From Pristiophorus japonicus (taxonomy: Eukaryota), in NCBI RefSeq assembly GCF_044704955.1, contig NC_092008.1, positions 2,418,001 through 2,482,000 on the forward strand: DNA of 64,000 bases, in the 5' to 3' direction. Position numbers and translations under genes: made by a program. The notes beneath the pieces are model-generated. The model had not been told where the DNA came from and ran no database searches. It was given only the letters and a program-made list of their open reading frames with translations. Each line of letters begins with the position of its first letter. Position 1 is the first letter of the stretch. Shown here piece after piece: positions 23,301 through 33,939 of this stretch.

Positions 23301-26300
23301 GACAATGTGGCCCTGCCCAGCGGAGCAGGTTGAGTGTACATAACCACTGTGCTACCACACCCCACAGGACAAGGGATGGGTTAACGAAAGGAGATAGTCA
23401 AAATAAACGGGATCTTTAAACAGATACGCTTTGAAATTAAAGTTTGAGGTATGACGGAGTAAAGGTGTGTCAGTCTGGCTCAGTGGGCAGCTCCCTCGCC
23501 TCAGCGTCAGAAGGTCGTGGGGTCAAGTCCCACTCCAGGAACTCGAGTACAGAATCCAGGCTGACCCTCCCAGTGCAGTACTGAGGGAGTGCCGCAGTGT
23601 CGGAGGGGCAGTACTGAGGAGCGCTGCAGTGTTGGAGAGGCAGTACTGAGGGAGTGCCGCACTGTCGAAGGGGCGGTACTGAGGGAGTGCCGCAGTGTCG
23701 GAGGGGCAGTACTGAGGAGCGCTGCACTGTCGAAGGGGCGGTACTGAGGGAGTGCCGCACTGTCGGAGGGACGGTACTGAGGGAGTGCCGCACTGTCGGA
23801 GGGGCGTTACTGAGGGAGCGCCGCACTGTCGGAGGGGCAGTACTGAGGAGCGCTGCACTGTCGAAGGGGCGGTACTGAGGGAGTGCCGCACTGTCGGAGG
23901 GGCAGTACTGAGGGAGTGCCGCACTGTCGGAGGGACGGTACTGAGGGAGTGCCGCACTGTCGGAGGGGCGTTACTGAGGGAGCGCCGCACTGTCGGAGGG
24001 GCAGAACTGAGGGAGTGCCGCACTGTCGGAGGTGCGGTACTGAGGGAGCGCCGCACTGTCGAAGGGGCAGTACTGAGGGAGTGCAGCACTGTCGGAGGGG
24101 CAGTACTGAGGGAGCGCCGTACTGTCGGAGGGGCGGTGCTGAGGGATTGCCGCAGTATCGGAGGGGCGGTACTGAGGGAGCGTCGCACTGTCGGAGGGGC
24201 GGTACTGAGGGAGTGCCGCACTGTCGGAGGGGCAGTACTGAGGGAGTGCCGCACTGTCGGAGGGGCAGTACTGAGGGAGCGCCGCACTGTCGGAGGTGCC
24301 GTATTTCGGATGAGACATTAAACCGAGTCCCGTCTGCCCTCTCGGGTGGATGTAAAAGATCCCGGGGCCACTATTGGAAGAAGAGCAGGGGGAGTTCTCC
24401 CCGGTGTCCTGGGGCCAATATTTATCCCTCGACCAACATCACTAAAACAGACGATCTGGGTCATTATCACATCACTGTGTGTGGGAGCTTGCTGTGCGCA
24501 AATTGGCGTTTCCCACATTGCAACAGCGAGCGCACTCCGATAGTACCTCATTGGCTGTGAGGCGGTTTGGGACGTCCTGAGAGGGTGTTAGGCGCTATAT
24601 AAATGCTTCATTCTTCTTTCAAAGACTTCACCAGTTTAAATGATAATNNNNNNNNNNNNNNNNNNNNNNNNNNNNNNNNNNNNNNNNNNNNNNNNNNNNN
24701 NNNNNNNNNNNNNNNNNNNNNNNNNNNNNNNNNNNNNNNNNNNNNNNNNNNNNNNNNNNNNNNNNNNNNNNNNNNNNNNNNNNNNNNNNNNNNNNNNNNN
24801 NNGAGAGCGAGGAGGGGAGGGAGCAGAGGAGGAGATTAAAAGCCGGTGAAATAAAAGAGGGAGGGGGAGGGTACATTTGAAAGACGCCCGTCCCTGATGA
24901 CAAACTGCTCACCGTACCTTTCTCATTCCAGGTTGCAAACGCTCCAAGATCCAGTCGACGGGTGAGATGCACAGTCCTTTAACTCTGAATCATTTTGGGG
25001 CCAGGGGGGGTATATTTTGGGGTGGAGAGGGTTAACAGTTTGCCGATCCTTCTCGTTGCAGCCAAGTTCACGAGGCGTACGGGACCATGTGGATCGAATC
25101 CCTGCCAGGCCAGTGTGCGGAGCAGTGAATCCAACTCCTCCAACTCCAGCGGCTCCTCGGGTAAGGGAGGTATTCGTAAACCGTGTCACTGATCAACGGC
25201 GGCACAATTCGGGGCAGGAGGGGGGTCACTCGGTCCCTCGAGTCTGTTACATTAGGGACAGGAGGAGGCCGTTCAGCCCCTCGAGCCTGTTACATTAGGG
25301 ACAGGAGGAGGCCGTTCAGCCCCTCGAGCCTGTTACATTAGGGACAGGAGGAGGCCGTTCAGCCCCTCGAGCCTGTTACATTAGGGACAGGAGGAGGCCG
25401 TTCAGCCCCTCGAGCCTGTTACATTAGGGACAGGAGGAGGCCGTTCAGCCCCTCGAGCCTGTTACATTAGGGACAGGAGGAGGCCGTTCAGCCCCTCGAG
25501 TCTGTTACATTAGGGACAGGAGGAGGCTTTTCAGCCCCTCGAGTTTGTTACATTAGGAACAGGAGGAGGCCGTTCAGCCCCTCGAGCCTGTTACATTAGG
25601 AACAGGAGGAGGCCGTTCAGCCCCTCGAGCCTGTTACATTAGGGACAGGAGGAGGCTTTTCAGCCCCTCGAGTTTGTTACATTAGGGACAGTAGGAGGCC
25701 GTTCAGCCCCTCGAGCCTGTTACATTAGGAACAGGAGGAGGCCGTTCAGCCCCTCGAGCCTGTTACATTAGGGACAGGAGGAGGCCGTTCAGCCCCTCGA
25801 GCCTGTCGGAGTGGCGGTACTGAGGGAGCACCGCACTGTCGGAGGGGCAGTACTGAGGGAGCGCCGCACTGTCGGAGGGGCGGTACTGAGGGAGTGCCGC
25901 ACTGTCGGAGGGGCGGTACTGAGGGAGTGCCGCACTGTCGGAGGGGCTGTATTTCGGATGAGACATTAAACCGAGGCCCCGTCTGCCCTCTCGGGTGGAT
26001 GTAAAAGATCCCGGGGCCACTATTAGAAGAAGAGCAGGGGGAGTTCTCCCCGGTGTCCTGGGGCCAATATTTATCCCTCGACCAACAGACGATCTGGGTC
26101 TTTATCACGTCTCTGAGTGTGGGATCTTGCTGTGCACAAGTTGGCTGCCGCGATGACATCAGTGAGCGCACTTCAAAGGGTACTTCATTGGCTGTGAGGC
26201 ACTTTGAGACGTCCGGTGGACGTGAAAGGCGCTATCTAAATGCAAGTCCTTTCATTATCTCAATAAACCTCGATCGATCGGACGAGGGTCTGGGGTTAGG

Positions 26301-26464
26301 GGGGGGGTGGGGAGAGGTTGCGGGGGAGGGGGTGAATAAGGAAATAACCGTTGTATCTGTCCAGCTCGTTGGACGACAATCCAAGGCCTGAGCTTCGAGG
26401 CGGATGAACTGACAATTTATTCTCTTCCCTTTCAGCCGAGGGGTTAACGAAATCCACCGCCTGA
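2271..26464 (+). CDS. MHC W-category-like beta chain gene (WB-like #1), 7 coding exons: 2271-2343, 16620-16892, 20895-21167, 22208-22321, 24932-24961, 25062-25160, 26436-26464
   Basis: All introns are GT-AG and phase 1; internal exons of 273/273/114/30/99 nt are multiples of 3 and give one open frame: leader, MHC beta1/alpha2-like domain, Ig C1, TM, cytoplasmic tail. The N-run at 24648-24802 could hide an extra exon. Confidence 0.85.
2400..2697. repeat. 37-bp minisatellite (ggaggaggttacagagatagggaggggtgtaggggct) derived from L2-like LINE 3' region; resumes 11969-12640; further arrays 30565-31145 and 52080-54420
   Basis: Tandem units; reverse strand reads PPYLCNLLQP next to L2-like LHWLPV..DFKIL. 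Confidence 0.9.
3897..5714 (+). pseudogene. Gypsy pol 5' part (protease, RT, RNase H)
   Basis: ORF 3897-5939 up to LAAYDY, where the CR1 begins. Confidence 0.9.
6191..7138 (+). CDS. CR1 ORF1 (zinc finger/leucine zipper plus SGNH esterase)
   Basis: CxxC..CxxC; IVIGDS, PGA, HIGTND, DGLHL. Confidence 0.9.
   Translation: MAGELGRVLCSSCTMWELRDASGVPDDYVCGKCIRLQLLTVRVTELELKVDSLWSIHDAENDVSITCSELVLPQGKGPQPDREWKTSRKSRARKVVQGSPAVIPLQNRYTALGTVEGNDSSGEGSSSQVHGTVAGSAAQEGKKKSGRAIVIGDSIVRGIDRRFCGRNRDSRMVCCLPGARVKDVSERVQDILKWEGEQPVVVVHIGTNDIGKKRDEVLRNEFKELGAKLKSRTSKVVISGLLPVPRDSQSRNRRIAQMNTWLEQWCSREGFKFLGHWDRFWGRWDQYKPDGLHLGRTGTNVLGGVFASAVGEDLN
7216..10122 (+). CDS. CR1 ORF2 (APE endonuclease plus reverse transcriptase), uninterrupted
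   Basis: NARS, ITETWL, GDFN, SDH; YRPVSLTS, LDFQKAFD, GVPQGS, FADD. Confidence 0.95.
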   Translation: MRKSVGQRNPRQRTKRATVQQNSKRTKGVNKTSLKALCLNARSIHNKVDELIVQIDVNKYDVIGITETWLQDDQGWELNIQGYSTFRKDRIKGKGGGVALLVKEEINAIVRKDISLDDVESIWVELQNTKGQKTLVGVVYRPPNSNRDVGEGIKQEIRGACNKGVAVIMGDFNMHIDWASQTGSNTVEEDFLECIRDGFLDQYVEEPTRGEAILDWVLCNERGLISNLIVRGPLGKSDHNMVEFCIRMENETVNSETMVQNLKKGNFEGMRRELARIDWRMILRGLTVDGQWQTFRDRMDEVQQLYIPVWRKNKKGKVAQPWLSREIRDSIKAKEVAYKLARNSSEPGDWEKFRTQQRRTKGLIRTGKMEYEKKLAGNIKADCKSFYRYVKRKRLVKTNVGPLQSESGEVITGNKEMADQLNKYFGSVFTKEDTNNLPDIKGVRGSSKEEELREIFISREIVLGKLMGLKADKSPGPDGLHPRVLKEVALEIADALTVIFQHSIDSGSVPMEWRVANVTPLFKKGGREKTGNYRPVSLTSVVGKMMESIIKDVIAVHLENGDMIGPSQHGFVKGKSCLTNLLEFFEDVSSKVDKGEPVDVVYLDFQKAFDKVPHKRLMCKVKAHGIGGSVLTWIENWLSDRKQRVGVNGYFSEWQAVTSGVPQGSVLGPQLFTLYINDLDEGIKCSISKFADDTKLGGSVSCEEDAIRLQSDLDRLGEWANAWQMKYNVDKCEVIHFGGKNRETDYYLNGDRLGKGKVQRDLGVMVHQSLKVGMQVQQAVKKANGMLAFIARGFEYRGREVLLQLYRALVRPHLEYCVQFWSPNLRKDILAIEGVQRRFTRLIPGMAGLTYQERLDQLGLYSLEFRRMRGDLIETYKILTGLDRLDAERMFPMLGKSRTRGHSLRIRGKPFRTEMRRNFFTQRVVNLWNSLPQKVVEANSLNIFKRELDEVLTTRGIKGYGEKAGRGY
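10226..11694 (+). pseudogene. Gypsy pol 3' part (integrase) with internal stop at ~10648
   Basis: YTIWHRPG..ADALSRLP..H..HPG..DYAGP..SDNGP..SNGQA. Confidence 0.9.
12640..13500 (-). mobile_element. L2-like LINE 3' fragment with internal ~50-bp tandem expansion (~12710-13200); similar fragment at ~30270-31370
   Basis: LHWLPVQQRLDFKILILVYKSL and repeated VLTRTESRSPITP. Confidence 0.75.
14730..16582 (+). mobile_element. 5'-truncated CR1 LINE (RT part open), ending ~40 bp before the WB beta1 exon
   Basis: ORF 14713-16494 is close to ORF2 of the 5715-10225 element; tttctatg tail. Confidence 0.92.
16620..16892 (+). CDS. WB-like #1 exon 2, beta1 domain (DMHLFHVQCACVY...WQDAFDG...LCDKIK...TLPKM)
   Basis: Acceptor ttttctcttgcag, donor gtaagg, 273 nt; strand-1 Cys plus helix Cys and a QDAFDG motif as in class I alpha2/class II beta1; sequons NKT and NTT. 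Confidence 0.9.
17110..19410 (-). mobile_element. Deu-domain-type SINE with expanded internal 33-bp array (18096-19295), interrupted by a CR1 3' fragment (17558-18095, -)
   Basis: tRNA-like head, 33-bp units and core gagacattaaaccgaggccccgtctgcc. Confidence 0.75.
19680..20210. repeat. 43-bp minisatellite derived from the CR1 3' end (also 25235-25805, 32432-33130, 35615-36310, 49030-49427, 63080-63785)
   Basis: Unit ttacattagggacaggaggaggccgttcagcccctcgagcctg. Confidence 0.9.
20218..20846. repeat. ~68-bp tandem array just upstream of the WB beta2 exon
   Basis: Unit gggttagatacagagtaaagctccctctacactgtcccatcaaacactcccagggcaggtacagcac, about 9 copies. Confidence 0.9.
20895..21167 (+). CDS. WB-like #1 exon 3, Ig C1 beta2 domain with class I alpha3-like motif
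   Basis: Acceptor gttttcacag, donor gtaagt, 273 nt; LVCLATNFFP..I.L.W.RDG, VVPQRDGTFQAW, SCQVEH. Confidence 0.93.
21390..22110 (+). mobile_element. Degenerate CR1 RT fragment
   Basis: DVVYLDFQKAFD..FADD with frameshifts. Confidence 0.85.
22208..22321 (+). CDS. WB-like #1 exon 4, connecting peptide and TM (DRNRNAENETLITIGAVLGILGLSAAVVTTIVYHCAIN)
   Basis: Acceptor ctctcttcag, donor gtaagc, 114 nt; hydrophobic stretch with GxxxGxxG glycines. Confidence 0.88.
23469..24620 (+). mobile_element. Deu-domain-type SINE with expanded 33-bp array; related copies ~25805-26250, 28659-30050, 49740-50180 (-), 58517-59400 (-)
   Basis: Head tggctcagtgg..ggtcaagtcccactcc, array, conserved core, tail ggcgctatataaatgc. 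Confidence 0.8.
24648..24802. other. N-run (155 nt); others at 33325-33779 and 36508-36962 (455 nt each)
   Basis: Seen directly. Confidence 1.
24932..25160 (+). CDS. WB-like #1 cytoplasmic exons 5 (24932-24961, RCKRSKIQST) and 6 (25062-25160, AKFTRRTGPCGSNPCQASVRSSESNSSNSSGSS)
   Basis: Acceptors tctcattccag and tctcgttgcag, donors gtgaga and gtaagg; both phase 1-1 and in frame with the TM exon. Confidence 0.75.
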
Positions 26465-26465
26465 G
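26436..26465 (+). CDS. WB-like #1 last coding exon (AEGLTKSTA-stop)
   Basis: Acceptor ctcttccctttcag; TGA at 26462-26464 followed by donor gtaatg at 26466. Confidence 0.7.
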
Positions 26466-27390
26466 GTAATGGTTCCGTCACGTATGGCCACGGTTACCAC
26501 GGTGATGTCTGTAAGCGAGGAGGGGGGGGAACGGGAGTGTGGGCTGTCCACGAGGGTCCCGGAAATCTCCGGGGCAGACCGACAATCCCAGAACGGTTCT
26601 GGACAACGAGCGGGGGTTCGATAAACCCCCTGCACCCCCTGGGAGGTGGTACTGAGGGAGCGCCGCACTGTCGGAGGGGCGGTACTGAGGGAGCGCCGCA
26701 CTGTCGGAGGGGCGGTACTGAGGGAGTGCCGCACTGTCGGAGGGGCGGTACTGAGGGAGTGCCGCACTGTCGGAGGGGCGGTACTGAGGGAGTGCCGCAC
26801 TGTCGGAGGGGCGGTACTGAGAGAGTGCCGCACTGTCAGAGGGGCGGTACTGAGGGAGCCCCGCACTGTCGAAGGGGCGGTACTGAGGGAGTGCCGCACT
26901 GTCGGAGGGGCGGTACTGAGGGAGCGCCGCTCTATCGGAGGGGCGGTACTGAGGGAGTGCCGCACTGTCGGAGGGGCAGTACTGAGGGAGTGCCGCACTG
27001 TCGGAGGGGCGGTACTGAGGGAGTGCCGCACTGTCGGAGGGGCGGTACTGAGGGAGTGCCGCACTGTCGGAGGGGCGGTACTGAGGGAGCGCCGCTCTAT
27101 CGGAGGGGCGGTACTGAGGGAGCGCCGCACTGTCGGAGGGGCGGTACTGAGGGAGCGCCGCACTGTCGGAGGGGCGGTACTGAGGGAGTGCCGCACTGTC
27201 GGAGGGGCGGTACTGAGGGAGTGCCGCACTGTCGGAGGGGCGGTACTGAGGGAGTGCCGCACTGTCGGAGGGGCGGTACTGAGGGAGTGCCGCACTGTCG
27301 GAGGGGTGGTACTGAGGGAGTGCCGCACTGTCCGAGGGGCGCTACTGAGGGAGTACCTCCTCCTTTAATCTCCTTCTCCTTCCCGCCGTA

Positions 27391-27900
27391 GATCGCACGG
27401 ACCACGCCGACGATGATGAACGTTCCCGGCCGAGTCTGAAGACTTTATTTCCGCGTGTGTCCGCCTCAATTTTCTGGGTTTTTTTGTTTCCGACGAGTGC
27501 CCTCGAGGCTCACTTGCTCCGCGATCTGTTTGTGTGTTTTCCCGCTGGGGGTGGGGGGGGGGGGGGGTGGGGTTTGGGATGAATCGCGCCCATTGGCGGT
27601 CGGAATTGGATCCCGCCGTTTCGGAGACACCGTCAGCGCTCCAACGCCGATTTTACCGCCTGGCTCCGACTGTCCAAACACGAGGGAGCAGCGCTAACGG
27701 TGTTGGTGCTCACCACCCACTCGGGCAGGAGCGCGAGAGGCCCGACCGAATCTCCCGACGGCAGCCTACCGCCACCCTGGCTGCAAACCGGGAAGTAAAA
27801 AGTAGTAACTGAAACTTCTCCGACACACAAACTTCTGCCCCCCACCCCTCTTAAATCTAACGAAAACAAGGCGGAAATCAATAAAGAGAGATACTTACCT
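27391..27900 (+). other. Putative 3'UTR exon of WB-like #1
   Basis: Pyrimidine-rich acceptor ending ccgtag at 27390; AATAAA at 27880-27885. Confidence 0.5.
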
Positions 27901-30900
27901 TCCTCTCTGGGCGATTGCGCCCGACACCCGCTCTTTAACCGCCGCGTTTCCCTGCCCGTACGGTAGTCGCAACAGGAAAACTTCGCGACGGAGGCGTGGC
28001 GTGCTGGATGGCGTCACCGCGGCATTAGCCGGCGCAGTGTTCCCTCTCGGCGCCTCGGCCAAAGAGCCGACTGAATTTCAGCCGGAGCGCGGCACGCCTC
28101 TGACCGATGATGGTAGCAGCCGTTGACCACGACCCCAATCGCGACCCCCTTCGCGCTGCGAAATGCCGGCAGATTAATGGAGGGGCACCTTCGGCGTCTC
28201 CCCAGCGCGCGGTCAGTAAAGCACCGGGGGGGGGTCAGGGTTATTTGTTGCAGCCGGTAATTTGCGTCGGCGGGATCGCGGGGACAGCGACGGAGCGACT
28301 CTCTCCTCTCGCACTGTTTTCCACAATGTAAACTGCTGTATCTGCTCTTAAACTGTTTCAAATTAAAGCTGACACACTGGTGTTCACAATCTCAGGCATT
28401 CCGCCGAAATACTTCAACCGAGAAATTACAATCATCGAGTCATTGATGGTCACAGCGCAGGAGGCCATTCGGCCCCTCTAGCCCGTGCCCCACACGCGCC
28501 CGGTCCCACTGCCCCGCCCTCTCCCCGGAGCCTCGCTAATCCGTTTCCTTCAGGTATTTATCCAACTCCCGATTGAAAGCCGCGATTGAGTCTGTCTCCA
28601 GCGCCCTCACAGGCAGCGCGTTCCCGATCCTACCCACTCGCTGCGTAAAGAGGTTTTACTGTCGGAGGGGCGGTACTGAGGGAGCGCCGCACTGCGCTGT
28701 CGGAGGGGCGGTACTGAGGGAGCCCCGCACCGCACTGTCGGAGGGGCAGTACTGAGGGAGCGCCGCACTGTCGGAGGGGCAGTACTGAGGGAGCCCCGCA
28801 CTGTCGGAGGGGCGATAGTGAGGGAGTGCCGCACTGTCGGAGGGGCAGTACTGTCGGAGGGGCGATAGTGAGGGAGTGCCGCACTGTCGGAGGGGCAGTA
28901 CTGAGGGAGCCCCGCACTGTCGGAGGGGCGGTAGTGAGGGAGTGCCGCACTGTCGGAGGGGCGGTACTGAGGGAGCGCCGCACTGTCGGAGGGGATGTAC
29001 TGAGGGAGTGCCGTACTGTCGGAGAGGCAGTACTGAGGGAGTGCTGCACTGTCGGAGGGGATGTACTGAGGGAGTGCCGCACTGTTGGAGTGGCAGTACT
29101 GAGGGAGTGCTGCACTGTCGGAGGGGCAGTACTGAGGGAGCGCCGCACTGTCGGAGGGGCAGTACTGAGGGAGCCCCGCACTGCGCTGTCGGAGGGGCGG
29201 TACTGAGGGAGTGCCGCACTGTCGGAGGGGCGATACTGAGGGAGTGCCGCACTGTCGGAGGGGCGGTACTGAGGGAGTGGCGCACTGTCGGAGGGGCGGT
29301 ACTGAGGGAGTGCCACACTGTCGGAGGGGCGGTACTGAGGGAGCGCCGCACTGTCAGAGGGGCGGTACTGAGGGAGCGCCGCACTGTCGGAGGGGCGGTA
29401 CTGAGGGAGTGCCACACTGTCGGAGGGGCGGTACTGAGGGAGCGCCGCACTGTCGGAGGGGCGGTACTGAGGGAGTGCCACACTGTCAGAGGGGCAGTAC
29501 TGAGGGAGCGCCGCACTGTCGGAGGGGTGGTACTGAGGGAGTGCCTCACTGTCGGAGGGGCAGTACTGAGGGAGCGCCATACTGTCGGAGGTGCGGTACT
29601 GAGGGAGCGCCGCACTGTCGGAGGGGCAGTACTGAGGGAGTGCCGCACTGTCGGAGGGGCGGTACTGAGGGAGTGCCACACTGTCGGAGGGGCGGTACTG
29701 AGGGAGCGCCGCACTGTCGGAGGGGCTGTATTTCGGGATGAGACATTAAACCGAGGCCCCGTCTGCCCTCTCGGGTGGATGTAAAAGATCCCGGGGCCAC
29801 TATTGGAAGAAGAGCAGGGGGAGTTCTCCCCGGTGTCCTGGGGCCAATATTTATCCCTCGACCAACATCACTAAAACAGACGATCTGGGTCATTATCACA
29901 TCGCTGTGTGTGGGAGCTTGCTGTGCGCAAATTGGCGTTTCCCACATTACAACAGGGAGCGCACTCCGATTGTACTTCATTGTCTGTGAGGCGTGTTGGG
30001 ACGCCCTGAGGGGGTGACAGGTGCAATATAAATGCACATCTGTCTTTACTTGCGGGACTGTGAGCACTAACGTTACCTTGCGTCTTGCTAGATGGCAGTG
30101 TTGGATGGAGAATGCCTTTGTTCACTGCCCTGTGGTGAGCCCTGAACCTCTCACCAGACCCACGTTCCTTTAGTGTGTCCTCGATTCAGGGAAACCACCG
30201 GACAAACCCCACCTGCTCTCAAAGAGGAAGAGCGCACAAGGAAAGATAAACACAACCTTCATTTATATAGCGCCTTTGACGTAGTGAAACGTCCCCAGGT
30301 GCTACACAGGAGCGATTATCAAACACAATTTGACCCCGAGCTACATTAGGAGATATTAGGGACAGGTGACCAAAAGCTGGGTCACAGAGGGAGTTTTTAA
30401 GGAGCGTCTTGAAGGAGGAGAGAGAGGCGGAGAGGTTTAGGGAGGGAGTTCCAGAGCTTGGGGCCCAGGCAACAGAAGGCACGGCCACCGATGGTGGAGC
30501 GATTATAATCAGGGATGGTCATGAGGGCAGAATTAGAGGGGTGCAGAGATCTCGGGGGGTTGTGGGCTGGAGGGGGTTACAGAGATAGGGAGGGGTGTAG
30601 GGGCTGGAGGGGATTACAGAGATAGGGAGGGGTATAGGGGCTGGAGGAAGTTACAGAGATAGGGAAGGGTGTAGGGGCTGGAGGAGGTTACAGAGATAGG
30701 GAGGGATGTAGGGGCTGGAGGAGGTTACAGAGATAGGGAGGTGTGTAGGGGCTGGAGGGGGTTACAGAGATAGGGAGGGGTGTAGGGGCTGGAGGAGGTT
30801 ACAGAGATAGGGAGGCATGTAGGGGTGGAGGGGGTTGCAGAGATAGGGAGGGGTGTAGGGGCTGGAGGGGGTTGCAGATATAGGGAGGGGTGTAGAGGCT

Positions 30901-33239
30901 GGAGGGGGTTACAGAGATAGGGAGAGGTATACGGGCTGGAGGAGGTTACAGAGATAGGGAGGGGTGTAGGGTCTGGAGGAGGTTACAGAGATTGGGAGGG
31001 GTGTAGGGGCTGGAGGAGGTTACAGAGATAGGGAGGGGTGTAGGGGCTGGAGGAGGTTACAGAGATAGGGAGGGGTGTAGGGGCTGGAGGAGGTTACAGA
31101 GATAGGGAGGGGTGTAGGGGCTGGAGGAGGTCACAGAGATAGGGAGAGATGAGGGCTATGGAGGCATTTGAAGAGGAGGATGAGAATTTTGAAATCGAGA
31201 CTTTGCTTAACAGTGAGCCAATGTAGGGGGTGATGGGTGAGCGGGATTCGGTGCGAGTTAGGACATGGGGGCAGTGAGCACAGGGGGTGATGGGTGAGCG
31301 GGACTCGGTGCGAGTTAAGACACGGTCAGTGAGCACAGGGGGTGATGGGTGAGCGGGACTGGGTGCGAGTTGCAATATTGCACTGAAGTGTCAGCGTATA
31401 ATTTTGTGCTCAAGTCTCTGGGGGGGATTTTGACCCCACAGAACTTTTTGCCTCAGAGGGGCCGCACTGTCGGAGGGGCAATACTGAGGGAGCACCGCAC
31501 TGACGGAGGGGCAGTACTGAGGGAGCACCGCACTGTCGGAGGGGCGGTACTGAGGGAGTGCCGCACTGTCGGAGGGGCAGTACTGAGGGGGTGCCGCACT
31601 GTCGGAGGGGCGGTACTGTGGGAGTGCCGCACTGTCGGAGGGGCGGTACTGAGGGAGCCCCGCACTGTCAGAGGGGCAGTACTGAGGGAGTGCCGCACTG
31701 TCAGAGGGGCGGTACTGAGGGAGTGCCGCACTGTCAGAGGGGCGGTACTGAGGGAGTGCCACACTGTCGGAGGGGCGGTACTGAGGGAGCGCCGCACTGC
31801 GCTGTCGGAGGGGCGGTACTGAGGGAGTGCCACACTGTCGGAGGGGCGGTACTGAGGGAGCGCCACACTGTCGGAGGGGCGGTACTGAGGGAGCCCCGCA
31901 CTGTCAGAGGGGCAGTACTGAGGGAGTGCCGCACTGTCGGAGGGACAGTACTGAGGGAGTCCCGCACTGTCAGAGGGGCAGTACTGAGGGAGTGCCGCAC
32001 TGTCAGAGGGGCGGTACTGAGGGAGCCCCGCACTGTCGGAGGGGCAGTACTGAGGGAGTGCCGCACTGTCGGAGGGGCTGTACTGAGGGAGTGCCGCACT
32101 GTCGGAGGGGCAGTACTGAGGGAGTGCCGCACTGTCGGAGGGGCGGTACTGAGGGAGCCCCGCACTGTCGGAGGGGCAGTACTGAGGGAGAGGCGGATGT
32201 GTGATGGTCTCTGGTGGATATATGTCGAATGAGAGCAGGGGCAGTTCTCCCTGTCATGAGCCCTCGAGGGGATTCACAGTTCTTAGTTGTGTACCTCGCT
32301 GGTCACTGTGGTACAGATCACGAGCTGTTTGACAGGGCAGCCTGGTTTAACCCGCACTGTCCCCGGCTAGGCTCAGGAACTACCTGCGGGGGAAGTGGTC
32401 TCAATGGGGACAGCGTCAGCTTATTGTAGCAACAGGAGGAGGCCGTTCAGCCCCTCGAGCCTGTTACATTAGGAACAGGAGGAGGCCGTTCAGCCCCTCG
32501 AGCCTGTTACATTAGGGACAGGAGGAGGCCGTTCAGCCCCTCGAGCCTGTTACATTAGGGACAGGAGGAGGCCGTTCAGCCCCTCGAGCCTGTTACATTA
32601 GGGACAGGAGGGGGCCGTTCAGCCCCTCGAGCCTGTTACATTAGGGACAGGAGGAGGCCGTTCAGCCCCTCGAGCCTGTTACATTAGGAACAGGAGGAGG
32701 CCGTTCAGCCCCTCGAGCCTGTTACATTAGGAACAGGAGGAGGCCGTTCAGCCCCTCGAGCCTGTTACATTAGGGACAGGAGGAGGCCGTTCAGCCCCTC
32801 GAGCCTGTTACATTAGGGACAGGAGGGGGCCGTTCAGCCCCTCGAGCCTGTTACATTAGGGACAGGAGGAGGCCGTTCAGCCCCTCGAGCCTGTTACATT
32901 AGGGACAGGAGGAGGCCGTTCAGCCCCTCGAGCCTGTTACATTAGGGACAGGAGGAGGCCGTTCAGCCCCTCGAGCCTGTTACATTAGGAGCAGGAGGAG
33001 GCCGTTCAGCCCCTCGAGCCTGTTACATTAGGGACAGGAGGAGGCCGTTCAGCCCCTCGAGCCTGTTACATTAGGGACAGGAGGCGGCCGTTCAGCCCCT
33101 CGAGCCTGTTACATTAGGAACAGGAGGAGAGAGAGCGCGGGGAGCGGAGGGGGCCGGCAGGAGTGGAGGGCGAGGGGAGGGTGAGAGAGAGGGAGGTAAC
33201 TACACGTATAATGGAGACGTATGTTCTCTCTGATAATTC

Positions 33240-33857
33240 TCAGTTAACAGGAACCGAAACCCTCGTTCGTCAAGGTTAAAGGAGAGGTCGTGGTTCAACT
33301 AGTTGGGCAACTTTCCATTTTATCNNNNNNNNNNNNNNNNNNNNNNNNNNNNNNNNNNNNNNNNNNNNNNNNNNNNNNNNNNNNNNNNNNNNNNNNNNNN
33401 NNNNNNNNNNNNNNNNNNNNNNNNNNNNNNNNNNNNNNNNNNNNNNNNNNNNNNNNNNNNNNNNNNNNNNNNNNNNNNNNNNNNNNNNNNNNNNNNNNNN
33501 NNNNNNNNNNNNNNNNNNNNNNNNNNNNNNNNNNNNNNNNNNNNNNNNNNNNNNNNNNNNNNNNNNNNNNNNNNNNNNNNNNNNNNNNNNNNNNNNNNNN
33601 NNNNNNNNNNNNNNNNNNNNNNNNNNNNNNNNNNNNNNNNNNNNNNNNNNNNNNNNNNNNNNNNNNNNNNNNNNNNNNNNNNNNNNNNNNNNNNNNNNNN
33701 NNNNNNNNNNNNNNNNNNNNNNNNNNNNNNNNNNNNNNNNNNNNNNNNNNNNNNNNNNNNNNNNNNNNNNNNNNNNNNNAATTGTGTTCTGACACCAGGG
33801 TTGTGTTCCCTCCTGTTACAATCAGTGCGAGGAGGAAGTCGGGAGGAGGGTGAAGCG
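33240..33857 (+). promoter_or_regulatory. Putative WA-like promoter (duplicated at +3183): ETS-IRF composite GGAACCGAAA (33250-33259), kB-like GGCAACTTTCC, GAGGAAGT; partly N
   Basis: Motif matches upstream of the leader; 455 nt are N. Confidence 0.4.
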
Positions 33858-33939
33858 ATGAAGCTCGGTCCCATTGCCCCCAGCTGTATCTACACCTTCA
33901 TCCTCCTCACCCGCCCCGCGGGGCTTGGCTCAGCCATGC
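33858..33939 (+). CDS. WA-like leader exon copy 1 ([27 protein letters not shown])
   Basis: ATG at 33858, 82 nt (phase 1), donor gtgagt. Confidence 0.75.

Noticed and set aside
27891-27900. ATACTTACCT resembling the U1 snRNA 5' end
   Set aside because: No U1 body follows; it is only a minus-strand donor-like sequence
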